From an uncultured delta proteobacterium (GTDB lineage Bacteria; Myxococcota; Myxococcia; Myxococcales; Myxococcaceae): a stretch of DNA of 64,000 nucleotides. The notes beneath the pieces are model-generated. The model was not told the origin of the DNA. It saw only the letters and a list, made by a program, of their open reading frames with translations, and searched no databases. Location: positions 327,372-391,371 of the forward strand of contig CAVQKE010000005.1 of assembly GCA_963713045.1 (NCBI GenBank). The letters run 5' to 3'. Shown in pieces: positions 23,108 through 33,831 of the stretch (position 1 is the stretch's first letter; each line of letters begins with the position of its first letter). The position numbers were made by a program, and so were the translations under genes.

Positions 23108-23800
23108 GTGTCACGGATTCTCATCGTCGAGGACGAGCAGGACCTGGCCCACCTGCTCACCTACAACCTGACCGCCGCGGGGTTTGAGACGGAAGTCACC
23201 CACACCGGGGCCGCCGCGCTGGCCAAGGCCAAAAGCTTCAAGCCAGAATTGGTGCTGTTGGACTTGATGCTGCCCGACTTGCCGGGCAGCGAAGTCCTCC
23301 GCCTGGTGAAGGAAGACCCCAACCTTCGACGCACGGCCGTGGTGATGGTGACCGCCAAGGGCCAGGAGCAGGACCGCGTCCAAGGCCTGGAAATGGGGGC
23401 CGATGACTACGTGGTGAAGCCCTTCAGCGTGCGCGAATTAATTCTGCGGGTGAAGGCCGTGCTGCGCCGGATGGCCAGCGACTCGGAGGGTTCCAGCGCC
23501 CTGGCGGCCGGCAGCATTCAGCTGGACCCGGCCCGGCATGAAGTGCGTGTGGCCGACGAAGAAGTCGCCCTCACCGCACTGGAATTCCGGCTTCTGAAGA
23601 CGCTTCTGGAACGGCCAGGCCGGGTGCAGACGCGCGAAGTCCTCCTCTCGGACGTCTGGGGCATTGAAGCGGAAATCACCACCCGCACCGTCGACACCCA
23701 CATCAAGCGGCTTCGTGAGAAGCTGGGGCCGGCGGGAGAGATTATCGAGACGGTGCGAGGAGTCGGCTACAAGTTGGCCAGCCCCGACCGCGAGGCGTGA
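23108..23800 (+). CDS. phoB: PhoB/PhoP-type OmpR-family response regulator
   Basis: RILIVEDE, LDLMLP, GADDYVVKPFS, RTVDTHIKRLREKL; GTG 23108 chosen; pst operon nearby. Confidence 0.88.
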   Translation: MSRILIVEDEQDLAHLLTYNLTAAGFETEVTHTGAAALAKAKSFKPELVLLDLMLPDLPGSEVLRLVKEDPNLRRTAVVMVTAKGQEQDRVQGLEMGADDYVVKPFSVRELILRVKAVLRRMASDSEGSSALAAGSIQLDPARHEVRVADEEVALTALEFRLLKTLLERPGRVQTREVLLSDVWGIEAEITTRTVDTHIKRLREKLGPAGEIIETVRGVGYKLASPDREA

Positions 23801-25068
23801 CAGCGGTCGGTGCGGCGAAGCGCGGCGGGCGGGTCGTCCTGGTGGCCCTCTGCCCGGCAGTGGCCGCTGGGCTGGTGTGCGCATTCATCGCCGGGCCCCG
23901 GGCCGCCCTGCTGGTGGCCGGCGTCGCCGGCGTCGCCGGCGCGGTGGTGGCCTGGGCGATGGAGGCCGACAACGCCCGCGCCCTGAAGGCGACCGCAGCC
24001 CAGGCCGCAGTGCGGGAACGGACGTCTGGCGTAGAAAGGGACGCGGCCCAGTACACCGAGCGGGTCCTGGCGGCGGCGATGGAAGGCATCGCCGACGGCG
24101 TGTGGATTACCGACGCCAGCGGCGCCGTGGTTCGGCACAACGCGGCCCTGCGCCGGCTGCTGGACGCCGGGGAGGACGTGGTGGGCAAGCGCCCGCTGTT
24201 TCTGGTGCGCAAGGGAGAGCTGCACGAGGCGGTGTTGCGCGCCTGCGAGGGGGGCGCCGCCTCGGTGGTGCAGGTGGTGATGGAGGGTCCGCGGCCCCGC
24301 GTCCTGGAAGTGCAGGTCGCGCCGTTGGGTGGGGGCCTTCCGGGAAGCGCCGCTGTCTTTCGAGACGTCACCGAATTGAAGCGCCTGGAAAGGGTGCGCC
24401 AGGACTTCGTGGCCAACGTGTCGCATGAGCTTCGCACCCCCATCGCGGCCATCCTCGGCTACGCCGAGACGCTGCAGTCCGGCGCCCTGGCCGACACGAC
24501 GCACGGGCCACAGATGGTGGACATCATCCACCGTCAGTCCGAACGGCTGAGCGAGTTGGTGACGGACTTACTTGAATTGTCGAGACTGGACGCTGGCGAG
24601 CGGCCGCTGCACGTGGCTTCGGTGGCCGTGGAGGACGTGGTGGCGCGGGCCGCCGAAGCGGTGGAACCCCGGGCCAGCGCCAAACACATCGCCATCAGCC
24701 GCCACGTCGCGCCCGGTTTGGCCGCGCGCGCCGACGCCAAGGCCCTGGAGCAAGTCCTGGTCAACCTCTTGGACAACGCCGTCAAGTACACCCCGGAGGG
24801 GGGCCAGGTGGAGCTGACTGCCCGGAACGAGGGGACCCGGGTCGAGGTGTCGGTGCGGGACACCGGCCTGGGCATCGAAAGCAAGCACCTGCCCCGCCTT
24901 TTCGAGCGCTTTTACCGGGTGGACCGCGGGCGAAGCCGCGAGATGGGCGGAACCGGGCTGGGGCTCAGCATCGTCCGGCACCTGGTCTCGGCGATGGGGG
25001 GCGACGTGCGCGTCCAGAGCCAACTCGGCCTGGGAAGCACCTTCACCGTCACCCTGGCGGAGGCCTAA
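23797..25068 (+). CDS. phoR: PhoR-type sensor histidine kinase
   Basis: TM, PAS-like region, DFVANVSHELRTP, NLLDNAVKY, RLFERFYRVD..RSR..GGTGLGLSI. Confidence 0.9.
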   Translation: MTAVGAAKRGGRVVLVALCPAVAAGLVCAFIAGPRAALLVAGVAGVAGAVVAWAMEADNARALKATAAQAAVRERTSGVERDAAQYTERVLAAAMEGIADGVWITDASGAVVRHNAALRRLLDAGEDVVGKRPLFLVRKGELHEAVLRACEGGAASVVQVVMEGPRPRVLEVQVAPLGGGLPGSAAVFRDVTELKRLERVRQDFVANVSHELRTPIAAILGYAETLQSGALADTTHGPQMVDIIHRQSERLSELVTDLLELSRLDAGERPLHVASVAVEDVVARAAEAVEPRASAKHIAISRHVAPGLAARADAKALEQVLVNLLDNAVKYTPEGGQVELTARNEGTRVEVSVRDTGLGIESKHLPRLFERFYRVDRGRSREMGGTGLGLSIVRHLVSAMGGDVRVQSQLGLGSTFTVTLAEA

Positions 25069-25145
25069 CCCCGCTTCTTTTCAGGCCTGGTAGGGGCAGT
25101 GACGTCCGTCTTTGGACTACACTTTGGCCCCGTCAGGAGCTGGCC

Positions 25146-26075
25146 ATGCGGGTCGCCATTCTCGCCGACGTCCACGGCAATCTGCCTGCCTGCGAGGCGG
25201 TGCTGGCCGACGTGGCCCAGCATGGGGCCGACGTGGTGGTGGCTGCCGGGGACTTGGCGCTGCGCGGCGCCCATCCGCGCGAGACGCTGGAATTGTTGTT
25301 TGCCCGCTGCAACGCCTGGCTCATCGGCAACACCGACGCCTACATCGCCGGCATGTACCTCGGCGGCGCCTACCGGGAGCGCGAGCACTGGAAGACGGAG
25401 CTGTTGGAATGGACACGCGAGCAGCTGGGCGCGCAGCTGGTGCAGCGGCTGGGCGAGCTGCCCTTCAGCGTGCGCTACACGCCACGGCGCGGGCAGGACC
25501 TCTACGTCTGTCATGCCAACCCGCGAAACCTCGAGGATTCGCTTGAGCCGACGCTGGATGAAGGCACCCTGCGCCGCTTCTTCGCCCACCTGGACGCGGC
25601 GGCTTGCGCCTTTGGCCACCTGCACTTCCCCTACCGCCGTCGCCTCGGCCGCATGCTGCTGGCGGATGTGGCCTCGGCCGGCATCCCCCGGGACGGGGAC
25701 TCCCGGGCCGCCTACGGCGTCTTCACCTGGACGCCCCGCGGCTGGCGGGTCCAAATCCGCCGCGTGCGCTACGCCGTACGGCACGCCACCCAGGCCATTT
25801 TAGCGCGGCGCGTACCAGGCGGCCCGCTCCTCATCCACAAGCTGTTGGAGGGGCGCTACCGGCACCATGCGGCGCTGCAGGAAGCGGCGCGCCGGCACTC
25901 CGGACTGCCACCGGCCGGCCCGGTGCGGCTGCTGCACCCCATCTCCGGGGCCCCGGGCGGCCCGTCGCCGGAAGGGGGCGCCAGCGAGCCAGTGGAAAGC
26001 AGCGACTCGGGCGAGCACTCGGCCGTCGAAGCCTGCGGAGAGATTCAGGCCGACCCGACCGCTTCCTTGCGCTAG
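25146..26075 (+). CDS. Calcineurin-like metallophosphoesterase
   Basis: DVHGN, GD, GNTD, GHLH; AGGAG RBS. Confidence 0.88.
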   Translation: MRVAILADVHGNLPACEAVLADVAQHGADVVVAAGDLALRGAHPRETLELLFARCNAWLIGNTDAYIAGMYLGGAYREREHWKTELLEWTREQLGAQLVQRLGELPFSVRYTPRRGQDLYVCHANPRNLEDSLEPTLDEGTLRRFFAHLDAAACAFGHLHFPYRRRLGRMLLADVASAGIPRDGDSRAAYGVFTWTPRGWRVQIRRVRYAVRHATQAILARRVPGGPLLIHKLLEGRYRHHAALQEAARRHSGLPPAGPVRLLHPISGAPGGPSPEGGASEPVESSDSGEHSAVEACGEIQADPTASLR

Positions 26076-26094
26076 ACAGCACAGCGGTCGCCAC

Positions 26095-27447
26095 GTGCCC
26101 ACCGCCTTCTCGCTCCGCGCCCCCGAGGCGCGGCAATATCGGCGCTTTCTCCTCAGCCGCCTCCTCTCCATCCTGGTGCTGGAGACGACGTCGGTGGCGG
26201 TGGCCTGGCAAGTGTACGCCCTCACCCACCAGCCACTGTCGCTGGGGCTGGTGGGCCTGGCCCAGTTTCTCCCGGCCGTCCTGTTGACGCTGCCCGCCGG
26301 CGCCGCGGCGGACCGCTTTCAACGCAAACGCATCGTCCTGGTGTGCCATGCCCTGTTTGGCGCCGTGGCCCTGTGCCTGGGGGTGGCCGGGCTGCGCGGC
26401 CCCTCGTCGCTGCCCGTCATTTATGCGGTGCTGGTGCTGCTCGGCTCGGCGCGGGCCTTCAACGCCCCGGCCGCGCAGGCGCTGATGCCGGCACTGGTGG
26501 CCAGCGAATTCTTTGGAAGCGCGGTGGCCGTCAATTCCTCCGTCTTTCAGGTGGGCAGCATCGCTGGCCCCGCCCTGGGCGGATTGCTTTACGCCTGGGT
26601 GGGCAATGCGGAACCTGTCTACTTCCTCGCCGCCGCGCTGGCGGTGGTGGACGTCACGGCGCTGTGGGGCCTGCAGCCCCGGGCGGAGCGCCGCGATGCG
26701 CGGGCCGTGTCCTGGGCCACGGTGCTGGCCGGCGTGCGCTACGTCTGGGCGCACAAAGTCATCCTCGGCTGCATTTCCTTGGACTTGTTTGCCGTCCTCC
26801 TCGGCGGCGCGGCGGCGCTGATGCCGGTGTTTGCCCAGGACGTGCTGCACGTCGGGCCCTTGGGCCTCGGCTTTCTGCGCGGCGCCCCAGCGGTGGGCGC
26901 AGGCCTCACCGGGCTGTGGCTCGCCCGCCGGCCGCTGCGCCGCCGGGCCGGCCCCACCATGCTGGCTGGGGTGGCAGTGTTTGGCCTCACCACCGTGGGC
27001 TTCGGGTTGTCGCGCAGCTTTCCGCTGTCGCTTGCCCTGTTGGCCGTCATGGGCGCAGCCGACATGGTGAGCGTCTTCGTCCGGCTGACGCTGGTGCAAA
27101 TCTCCCCGCCGGCGGACATGCGGGGCCGCGTCAACGCCGTCAACATGCTTTTCATCGGCGCCAGCAATGAATTGGGCGAATTCGAATCCGGCCTCACCGC
27201 CCAATGGTTTGGCGCGGTGCGGGCCGTCGTCCTGGGCGGCGTCGGGACGCTGGTGGTGGTGGCCCTCTGGCTGCGCCTGTTTCCGGGGTTGGCCCGGGTG
27301 GACCGCCTCCCGGTGGGCCAAGGAAGCCCGACCGCTGGGGAGGCGGCCGCCGAAGCCGACGCCCAGCTGTCCACCGGGACAGGCCCGAACGACGTTTACG
27401 GGGAGGGCGCGGGACGGCTTGGCGACGCCGGCGCACCATCTCGGTAA
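26095..27447 (+). CDS. MFS transporter
   Basis: About 12 hydrophobic segments; GAAADRFQRKRI (motif A), DMRGRV, SNELGEFESG. Confidence 0.88.
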   Translation: MPTAFSLRAPEARQYRRFLLSRLLSILVLETTSVAVAWQVYALTHQPLSLGLVGLAQFLPAVLLTLPAGAAADRFQRKRIVLVCHALFGAVALCLGVAGLRGPSSLPVIYAVLVLLGSARAFNAPAAQALMPALVASEFFGSAVAVNSSVFQVGSIAGPALGGLLYAWVGNAEPVYFLAAALAVVDVTALWGLQPRAERRDARAVSWATVLAGVRYVWAHKVILGCISLDLFAVLLGGAAALMPVFAQDVLHVGPLGLGFLRGAPAVGAGLTGLWLARRPLRRRAGPTMLAGVAVFGLTTVGFGLSRSFPLSLALLAVMGAADMVSVFVRLTLVQISPPADMRGRVNAVNMLFIGASNELGEFESGLTAQWFGAVRAVVLGGVGTLVVVALWLRLFPGLARVDRLPVGQGSPTAGEAAAEADAQLSTGTGPNDVYGEGAGRLGDAGAPSR

Positions 27448-27467
27448 ACGCCCGCACCGTCGAAGGG

Positions 27468-27494
27468 TTCACGCGCCAGTCACCAAACCGTCAC
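27468..27494 (+). promoter_or_regulatory. Pho box upstream of pstS
   Basis: Three half-sites TTCAC/GTCAC/GTCAC at 27468, 27479 and 27490 (11-bp period). Confidence 0.75.
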
Positions 27495-27554
27495 AGGGCA
27501 CTGGGTAGGTAGGCGGCCTATTTCCCCCCCCCCGCACGCTTTCCAGGAGTTTCC

Positions 27555-28574
27555 ATGAAGAAGCTGAGCCTCGCTCTCGCCTTCGCCATCGCGGGCGTTG
27601 CCCTCGCGCAAGGCAGCCTCCTCATCAACGGCGCCGGCGCCACCTTCCCCTATCCGCTGTATTCAAAATGGTTCAGCGAATACAAGAAGCTGTTCCCCAC
27701 CCTCAACTTCAACTACCAGTCCATTGGGTCGGGGGGGGGCATCAAGCAAATTACGGAGAAAACGGTGGACTTCGGCGCCTCGGACGCGCCGCTGTCCGAC
27801 CAGGAGGCGGCCAAGGCGCCCGGACTCCTCAACATCCCCACCGTGCTGGGGGCGGTGGTGGTGGCCTACAACCTTCCCGGCGTGGCAGCCCTCAACCTCT
27901 CCGGGCCCACCGTGGCTGGCATTTTTCTCGGCACCATCTCCAAGTGGAATGACGCCGCCATCGCCGCGGACAACCCAGGGGTCAAGCTTCCGGACACCGC
28001 CATTGCCGTGGCCTCGCGTTCGGATGGCTCTGGCACCACCTACGTCTTCACCGACTACCTGGCCAAGGTGTCAGCCGCCTTCAAGGCCAAGGTGGGCGTC
28101 GGCAAAAGCGTCAAGTGGCCGGTGGGCCTCGGCGGCAAGGGCAACGAAGGCGTCACCGGCCTCGTCAAGTCGACGCCCGGCGCACTGGGCTACCTGGAAT
28201 TGGCCTACGCCAACCAAAACAAAATCAGCATGGCCAACATCAAAAATGCAGACGGCGCCTTCGTGAAGCCCACCATCGCGGCCACCTCGGCCGCGGCGGC
28301 GGGCGTCCCCATGCCGGATGACTTTCGCGTCTCCATCACCAACTCCCCGGGCAAGGACAGCTACCCCATCTCCAGCTTCACCTACCTCTTGGTGTACCAG
28401 GACCAAACCAATAAGGACAAAGGCCCCGCCATCATTCGCTTTCTGAAGTGGGCGGTCACCGACGGCGAGAAATTTGCGCCGGCCCTCGACTACGCTCCGC
28501 TGCCCACGCCAGTGCAAACCAAGGTGCTGGCAAAAATCGCCACCCTCACCGTGTTGGGGGCCAAAGTTCAGTGA
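27555..28574 (+). CDS. pstS: Phosphate-binding protein PstS
   Basis: Signal peptide, GAGATFP, GSGGG, DFGASDAP, RSDGSGTT; AGGAG RBS. Confidence 0.97.
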   Translation: MKKLSLALAFAIAGVALAQGSLLINGAGATFPYPLYSKWFSEYKKLFPTLNFNYQSIGSGGGIKQITEKTVDFGASDAPLSDQEAAKAPGLLNIPTVLGAVVVAYNLPGVAALNLSGPTVAGIFLGTISKWNDAAIAADNPGVKLPDTAIAVASRSDGSGTTYVFTDYLAKVSAAFKAKVGVGKSVKWPVGLGGKGNEGVTGLVKSTPGALGYLELAYANQNKISMANIKNADGAFVKPTIAATSAAAAGVPMPDDFRVSITNSPGKDSYPISSFTYLLVYQDQTNKDKGPAIIRFLKWAVTDGEKFAPALDYAPLPTPVQTKVLAKIATLTVLGAKVQ

Positions 28575-29569
28575 CCAGCGGCAGAGCCAACGCATTGACG
28601 GGGGCGCCGCCACTGGCTCAGCGCCCCGAGGCGCCCGACATCGGCCGGGAGGCGATGGGCGACCGACTGTATTACGGGCTGCTTTGGGTGCTGGGCTGCT
28701 TCGTCCTGGTGGTGGCCGGCCTCATCGTCCTCAACCTGACCCTGGTGTCGCGCCCCCTCTTCGCCGTGGAGGGCGTGTGGGACTTCGTCAAGGGCGACGA
28801 CTGGGATCCGGTGACGCAGAAGTTCGGCGCCCTCCCCTTCATCTACGGCACCATCGTCACCAGCGTTGTGGCCATCGTGGTGGCGGTGCCAGTGGCCATT
28901 GGCCTGGCGCTGTTCATCACCCAATTTGCCCCCAAGCACCTGGCGCCCTTTCTCTCCACCCCGGTGGAGTGGCTGGCCGCCATCCCTTCGGTGGTGTACG
29001 GCTTGTGGGGACTGGCCGTCCTGGTTCCTTGGCTGCGCACCAGTGTCGAGCCCTTCCTCGGGCGGACGCTGGGGTTTCTCCCCATTTTTAAAGGCCCCCC
29101 CATCGGCTTCGGCTACCTCGCCGCGGGCCTGGTGCTGGCGGTGATGATTTTGCCCACCGTCGTGTCGGTGTCTGCCGAGGTGATGAAAACCACCCCGGAA
29201 GCCCAGCGGGAAGCGGCCTTGGCCTTGGGCGCCACCACCTGGGAGTCGGTCACCTGGTCGGTCCTCCCGCATAGCCGGGCCGGCATCCTCGGGGCCTGCC
29301 TCCTCGGACTCGGCCGAGCGCTTGGCGAAACCATGGCCGTCACCATGCTGATCGGCAATTCTCGCAACATCAGCATCTCGCTCTTCGCCCCGGGCTACAG
29401 CCTGCCGTCCGTCATCGCCAACGAATTCGCCGAGGCAACCGACTCGGTGCACATCGGCGCGCTGGCGGCGTGTGGACTGGTCCTCTTCGTCATTACCTTC
29501 CTCCTCAACGCCGCCGCGCGGTGGCTGGTGACGGCGGTCCAAAAAGGTCCGTCGCGGATTTCCACGTGA
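28571..29569 (+). CDS. pstC: Phosphate ABC permease PstC
   Basis: LAAIPSVVYGLWG, LGRALGETMAV; GTG overlaps the pstS stop. Confidence 0.96.
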   Translation: MTSGRANALTGAPPLAQRPEAPDIGREAMGDRLYYGLLWVLGCFVLVVAGLIVLNLTLVSRPLFAVEGVWDFVKGDDWDPVTQKFGALPFIYGTIVTSVVAIVVAVPVAIGLALFITQFAPKHLAPFLSTPVEWLAAIPSVVYGLWGLAVLVPWLRTSVEPFLGRTLGFLPIFKGPPIGFGYLAAGLVLAVMILPTVVSVSAEVMKTTPEAQREAALALGATTWESVTWSVLPHSRAGILGACLLGLGRALGETMAVTMLIGNSRNISISLFAPGYSLPSVIANEFAEATDSVHIGALAACGLVLFVITFLLNAAARWLVTAVQKGPSRIST

Positions 29570-30411
29570 GACGCTTCGCCTTCCGCCGCTTCATGAATGT
29601 CTTCATGACGGTGCTGTGCGGCGTCGCGCTCATCGCGGCCTTCATCCCTCTCACCAGTGTGCTGTACCTGGTCATCTCCAAGGGCGCGGCCGGCCTGTCG
29701 TGGGATTTCTTCACCGCGCTGCCCAAGCCGGTGGGCGAATCCGGCGGCGGCATTGGAAACGCTCTGGTGGGGACGCTGTACATGGTGGGGCTGGCCTGCC
29801 TGTTTGGCCTTCCCATCGGCGTCGGTGCCGGCGTCTTTCTGGCGGAACGGGGCGACGGCTCCCTCGGCATGACGGTGCGCTTCGTGGCCGAGGTGCTGGC
29901 CGGGGTGCCGTCCATTGTCATTGGCATTGTCGCCTACGCCATGGTGGTCATCCCGATGCACCACTTCTCCGCGCTGGCCGGCGCGGTGGCACTGGCCATC
30001 ATGATTGTTCCCTACCTCGCCACGTCCACCGAGGAACTGATTCGCGTCGTGCCCGGCGCGCTGCGGGAGGCGTCCCTGGCCCTCGGCGTGACAAATTGGA
30101 GGACGTCTCTCTTGGTGGTCCTCCGGACTGCCATGGCCGGCGTCGTCACGGCGTGTTTGCTCGCCGTCGCCCGCGTGGCGGGGGAGACTGCCCCGCTGCT
30201 TTTCACCGCGCTGAACAACCAATACTGGAATTTCAGCCCAAACCAACCCACCGCGTCGCTGACTGTGGCCATCTACAACTACGCCATCAGCCCCTATGAA
30301 GACTGGCACGCCAAGGCCTGGACTGCCGCCCTGGTGCTTTTAATGCTGGTGGGCGTTCTCAACCTCGCGTCCCGGGTGCTGACCCGAAACCGACTCAAAG
30401 GTGCCCGATGA
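29566..30411 (+). CDS. pstA: Phosphate ABC permease PstA
   Basis: [21 protein letters not shown]. Confidence 0.96.
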   Translation: MRRFAFRRFMNVFMTVLCGVALIAAFIPLTSVLYLVISKGAAGLSWDFFTALPKPVGESGGGIGNALVGTLYMVGLACLFGLPIGVGAGVFLAERGDGSLGMTVRFVAEVLAGVPSIVIGIVAYAMVVIPMHHFSALAGAVALAIMIVPYLATSTEELIRVVPGALREASLALGVTNWRTSLLVVLRTAMAGVVTACLLAVARVAGETAPLLFTALNNQYWNFSPNQPTASLTVAIYNYAISPYEDWHAKAWTAALVLLMLVGVLNLASRVLTRNRLKGAR

Positions 30412-31223
30412 ATGCCGTTGCCTCCCCTGCTCCCGAGAGTGCCACTCCGGTGACCACCGTCCCCACCGCCGGGACGCCGAAAGTCGAAGTCCACAACCTC
30501 AACGTCTGGTTTGGCAAAAACCACGCCGTCAAGGACACCTCTCTGGCAGTCCAAGCCCACACCGTGCTGGCCGTCATCGGCCCGTCCGGCTGCGGGAAGT
30601 CCACCTTTCTGCGCGCCCTCAACCGCATGCACGACTTGGTTCCCTCCGCTCGGGTGACGGGCAAGGTGCTGGTGGACGGGCAGGACCTCTACACCCGGGA
30701 GGTCGACCCGGTGCTGCTTCGCCGTCGGGTGGGGATGGTATTCCAGAGGCCAAACCCCTTCCCCACCATGTCCATCGAGGAGAATGTGGCGGCTGGACTG
30801 GTCCTCAACGGCATCGGCGGACACCACCACCAGGTGGTGGAGAAGTCCTTACACAAAGCGGCCCTGTGGGAAGAAGTGAAAGAAAGGCTCGGTCACGCGG
30901 CGACCTCCCTCTCCGGCGGCCAGCAGCAGCGACTTTGCATCGCCCGGGCACTGGCCATTGAACCCGAGGTGCTCCTCATGGACGAGCCGGCCAGCGCACT
31001 GGACCCCATCGCCACGGCTAAAATTGAAGAACTGATTCACGAATTGAAAGAGCACTACACCATCATCATCGTCACCCACAGCATGCAGCAGGCTGCTCGC
31101 GTCTCCGACCACACCGCCTTTTTCTACATGGGGGAGCTGGTGGAAATAGGCGCCACCGAGCAGATTTTCACCAACCCGAAGGAACGCCGCACGGAAGACT
31201 ATGTCACCGGAAAGTTCGGCTAA
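30408..31223 (+). CDS. pstB: Phosphate ABC ATPase PstB
   Basis: [30 protein letters not shown]. Confidence 0.97.
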   Translation: MNAVASPAPESATPVTTVPTAGTPKVEVHNLNVWFGKNHAVKDTSLAVQAHTVLAVIGPSGCGKSTFLRALNRMHDLVPSARVTGKVLVDGQDLYTREVDPVLLRRRVGMVFQRPNPFPTMSIEENVAAGLVLNGIGGHHHQVVEKSLHKAALWEEVKERLGHAATSLSGGQQQRLCIARALAIEPEVLLMDEPASALDPIATAKIEELIHELKEHYTIIIVTHSMQQAARVSDHTAFFYMGELVEIGATEQIFTNPKERRTEDYVTGKFG

Positions 31224-31911
31224 GTCGCCCGCCGCCCACACCGACAAGGCTTTCGAGGCGGACCTGCGCGAGGTGCGCGAAAAGCTGCTGGTCATGGGCG
31301 GCAGAGTCGAGGAACAAATCGCCCAAAGCATGCGCGCCCTCACCGAAAGGGACTCGGCCTTGGCCGAGCAGGTGATGGAAGGCGACCTCGAAATTAACCG
31401 GATGGAAGTCGACATCGACGACTTGTGCCGACGCATTCTGGCCTTGCGCCAGCCGGCGGCGAGCGACCTGCGGCTGATTACCACTGGCCTCAAAATCGTC
31501 ACCGACCTCGAGCGCATCGGCGATGAGGCGGTCAACATTGCCGAGCGAGCCATTGAATTAAATTCCGCCCCAGCATTGGCGCCCTACGTGGATTTGCCGC
31601 GGCTTGCCGAGCAGGCCCAGGAGCAAGTGAAGAAGGCCCTCGACGCCTTCGTCCGGGCGGACACGGCCACGGCCGAAGAAGTGCTGCAGAACGACGACCA
31701 GCTGGATGACCTTTTCGTCAAAATTTTCAATGAATTGCTCGGCTTCATGATGGAGGACTCGCGCACCATTCGGCGGGCCACCGCGCTGGTGTCCATCTGC
31801 AAGTACCTGGAGCGCATCGGCGACCATGCGATGAATGTCGCCGAAATGGTCATCTACATGGTGCGCGGAACCGACGTCCGCCACCCCCGAAGCCGCGCCA
31901 TTCCAGTCTGA
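31201..31911 (+). CDS. phoU: Phosphate signalling protein PhoU
   Basis: QPAASDLR and two ERIGD motifs. Confidence 0.96.
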   Translation: MSPESSAKSPAAHTDKAFEADLREVREKLLVMGGRVEEQIAQSMRALTERDSALAEQVMEGDLEINRMEVDIDDLCRRILALRQPAASDLRLITTGLKIVTDLERIGDEAVNIAERAIELNSAPALAPYVDLPRLAEQAQEQVKKALDAFVRADTATAEEVLQNDDQLDDLFVKIFNELLGFMMEDSRTIRRATALVSICKYLERIGDHAMNVAEMVIYMVRGTDVRHPRSRAIPV

Positions 31912-31925
31912 CGGCCCCCCGGGCG

Positions 31926-32885
31926 CTAGCCGCGGGCCACCCCGCGTGCCAACAGCCGCTCCAGACGGCCGAAGGCCACTTCCAAGTTGGGGCTGTCGGT
32001 CAGGACGCCCAACAGCGGGTCTCGCCCGAGGCGATTCATCCGCGCCACCGCGCCGAAGGCGGTGTACTGCCGGGGCCGAAGGCGAGCGTTGACTTCACTC
32101 CATCGCAGCGGCATGGACACCGGCACCCCGGGCAGGGGGCGCGGGGAAAACGGCGCCACCAGCAGCTTGCCCCGCCCATTTTGAAAGGCGTCCAAGTACA
32201 CCTTGTCGCCCCGGGCCCGGGGGTTGCGGGCGACGGTGGCCAAGCCTGGGTGCCGGCGCACCAGCACTTCGGAAAGAAGCTGCGCCAGCGCCACGCTGGC
32301 CGGGTGTTCCAGCTGTCGGCCAAGCGGCACCAGCACATGCAAGCCGCTGCTGCCAGACGCCTTGACGTAGGCCGGAAGGCCCAGTTCCCCGCACAGCCGC
32401 CGGGCAGCCAGGGCCAGCGCCACCACCTGGGAAAACGGCGCCTGCTTGGGGTCCAAGTCCAGGATGCACCAGTCCGGGCGCTCCAGCGTCGCCACCCGGG
32501 CACTCCAGACGTGAAGTGGAATGGCGGCCAGGTTGGCCAGCCAGGCCAGCGTCTCGGCGTTGTCGCAGACGAAGCAGCGTTCAGCCCCCTCCTCCCCGGC
32601 CAGGACTTCGGTGCGCACCCAAGCCGGCGTGTGCGACGGGGCGTGCTTCTGGAAAAAGGCGTGGCCCAGAAGGCCGTCCGGCCAGCGCTCCACCGCCAAC
32701 GGCCGGTCCCGAAGGTAGGGCAGCGCCCAGGGCGAAATGGCCAGCGCGTAGCGCACCAAGTCCCCCTTGGTGAAGCCGTCGTCCGGCCACAGCACCTTGT
32801 CCAAGTGGGTGAAGCGCTGGCCTGCGCCGTCCGGTGCGACAGCCCTGTTGCGCTTTTGACGGGAGCTGGCGGCCATCCGGGCCAA
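31926..32885 (-). CDS. Stand-alone LigD-type primase-polymerase (NHEJ polymerase domain)
   Basis: KVLWP..GFTKGDL..Y, RWPDG..FFQK, DLDP, KASGSSGLH, YLD..QN; no ligase or phosphoesterase domain. Confidence 0.9.
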   Translation of the reverse strand: MARMAASSRQKRNRAVAPDGAGQRFTHLDKVLWPDDGFTKGDLVRYALAISPWALPYLRDRPLAVERWPDGLLGHAFFQKHAPSHTPAWVRTEVLAGEEGAERCFVCDNAETLAWLANLAAIPLHVWSARVATLERPDWCILDLDPKQAPFSQVVALALAARRLCGELGLPAYVKASGSSGLHVLVPLGRQLEHPASVALAQLLSEVLVRRHPGLATVARNPRARGDKVYLDAFQNGRGKLLVAPFSPRPLPGVPVSMPLRWSEVNARLRPRQYTAFGAVARMNRLGRDPLLGVLTDSPNLEVAFGRLERLLARGVARG

Positions 32886-32903
32886 GGTTTACCCTAGGCC
32901 GCC

Positions 32904-33788
32904 ATGCCAGCACGTGCCATTGGCTCGGGGACCATTTCCTTTGGCCTCGTCAACATTCCCGTCAAAGTCTATGCGGCTACGGAATCCGCGGCCCACATCG
33001 CCTTCAACCAGCTGCACGACAAGTGCCATGGCCGACTCCGCCAGCAAATGTACTGCCCGGTGGATGACGAAGTGGTGCCGCGCGACCACATTGTGAAGGG
33101 CTACGAATTTGCCAAGGACCAATACGTCCTCTTCTCCCCCGAGGAATTGAAGGCGATTGAGGACGAGTCCACCAAGCAGATGGAGATTACGGAATTCGTC
33201 CCGCTGTCCGCGGTGGACCCGCTGTATTTTGAAGCCGGCTACTTCCTTGGGCCGGACAAGGGGGCCGAGCGGCCCTACCGCCTCCTGGCCAAGGCCCTGG
33301 AAGAGAGCCAGCACGCGGCGGTGGCCCGCTACGCCAACCGGGGCCGAGAAGACCTAATTCTCATCCGCCCCCGGGATGGCGGCCTCGTCATGGAGCAGCT
33401 GCGCTACGCCGATGAACTGCGTAACCAGGCGGACGTCCCGGTCGGCACCGGCGAGGTGAAGGGGGCGGAACTTCAACTCGCCCGCCAGCTGGTGTCGCAG
33501 CTGTCCTCGGACACTTTTGACGCGAGCAAATACGAAGACCGCTACCGCAAGCGCCTGCAGGAAATTATTGACCAGAAAATAAAGGGGGAGCCGGTCACCA
33601 TCTCCACCCCCGAGGCGCCTTCACCGCAAGTCATCGACTTGATGGAGGCCCTGAAGGCAAGCCTTGCCAAGCGCGGCGCCGTTTCTGCTTCCAAGGAGAC
33701 GCCCGACGTGGTGGCGGAACGTAAGCCTCCCAAACGGGCTGCGGAACCAGCGGCGCCGGCCGCCAAAAAGCGCAGCCGAAAGGCCTGA
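32904..33788 (+). CDS. ku: Ku protein (NHEJ)
   Basis: GTISFGLVNIPVK, IVKGYE, VIDLMEALKASL, basic tail. Confidence 0.96.
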   Translation: MPARAIGSGTISFGLVNIPVKVYAATESAAHIAFNQLHDKCHGRLRQQMYCPVDDEVVPRDHIVKGYEFAKDQYVLFSPEELKAIEDESTKQMEITEFVPLSAVDPLYFEAGYFLGPDKGAERPYRLLAKALEESQHAAVARYANRGREDLILIRPRDGGLVMEQLRYADELRNQADVPVGTGEVKGAELQLARQLVSQLSSDTFDASKYEDRYRKRLQEIIDQKIKGEPVTISTPEAPSPQVIDLMEALKASLAKRGAVSASKETPDVVAERKPPKRAAEPAAPAAKKRSRKA

Positions 33789-33831
33789 ACGCTGGGCGGA
33801 AGGCCGTTAGCCGGCGAGAAGTACGCCTGGC

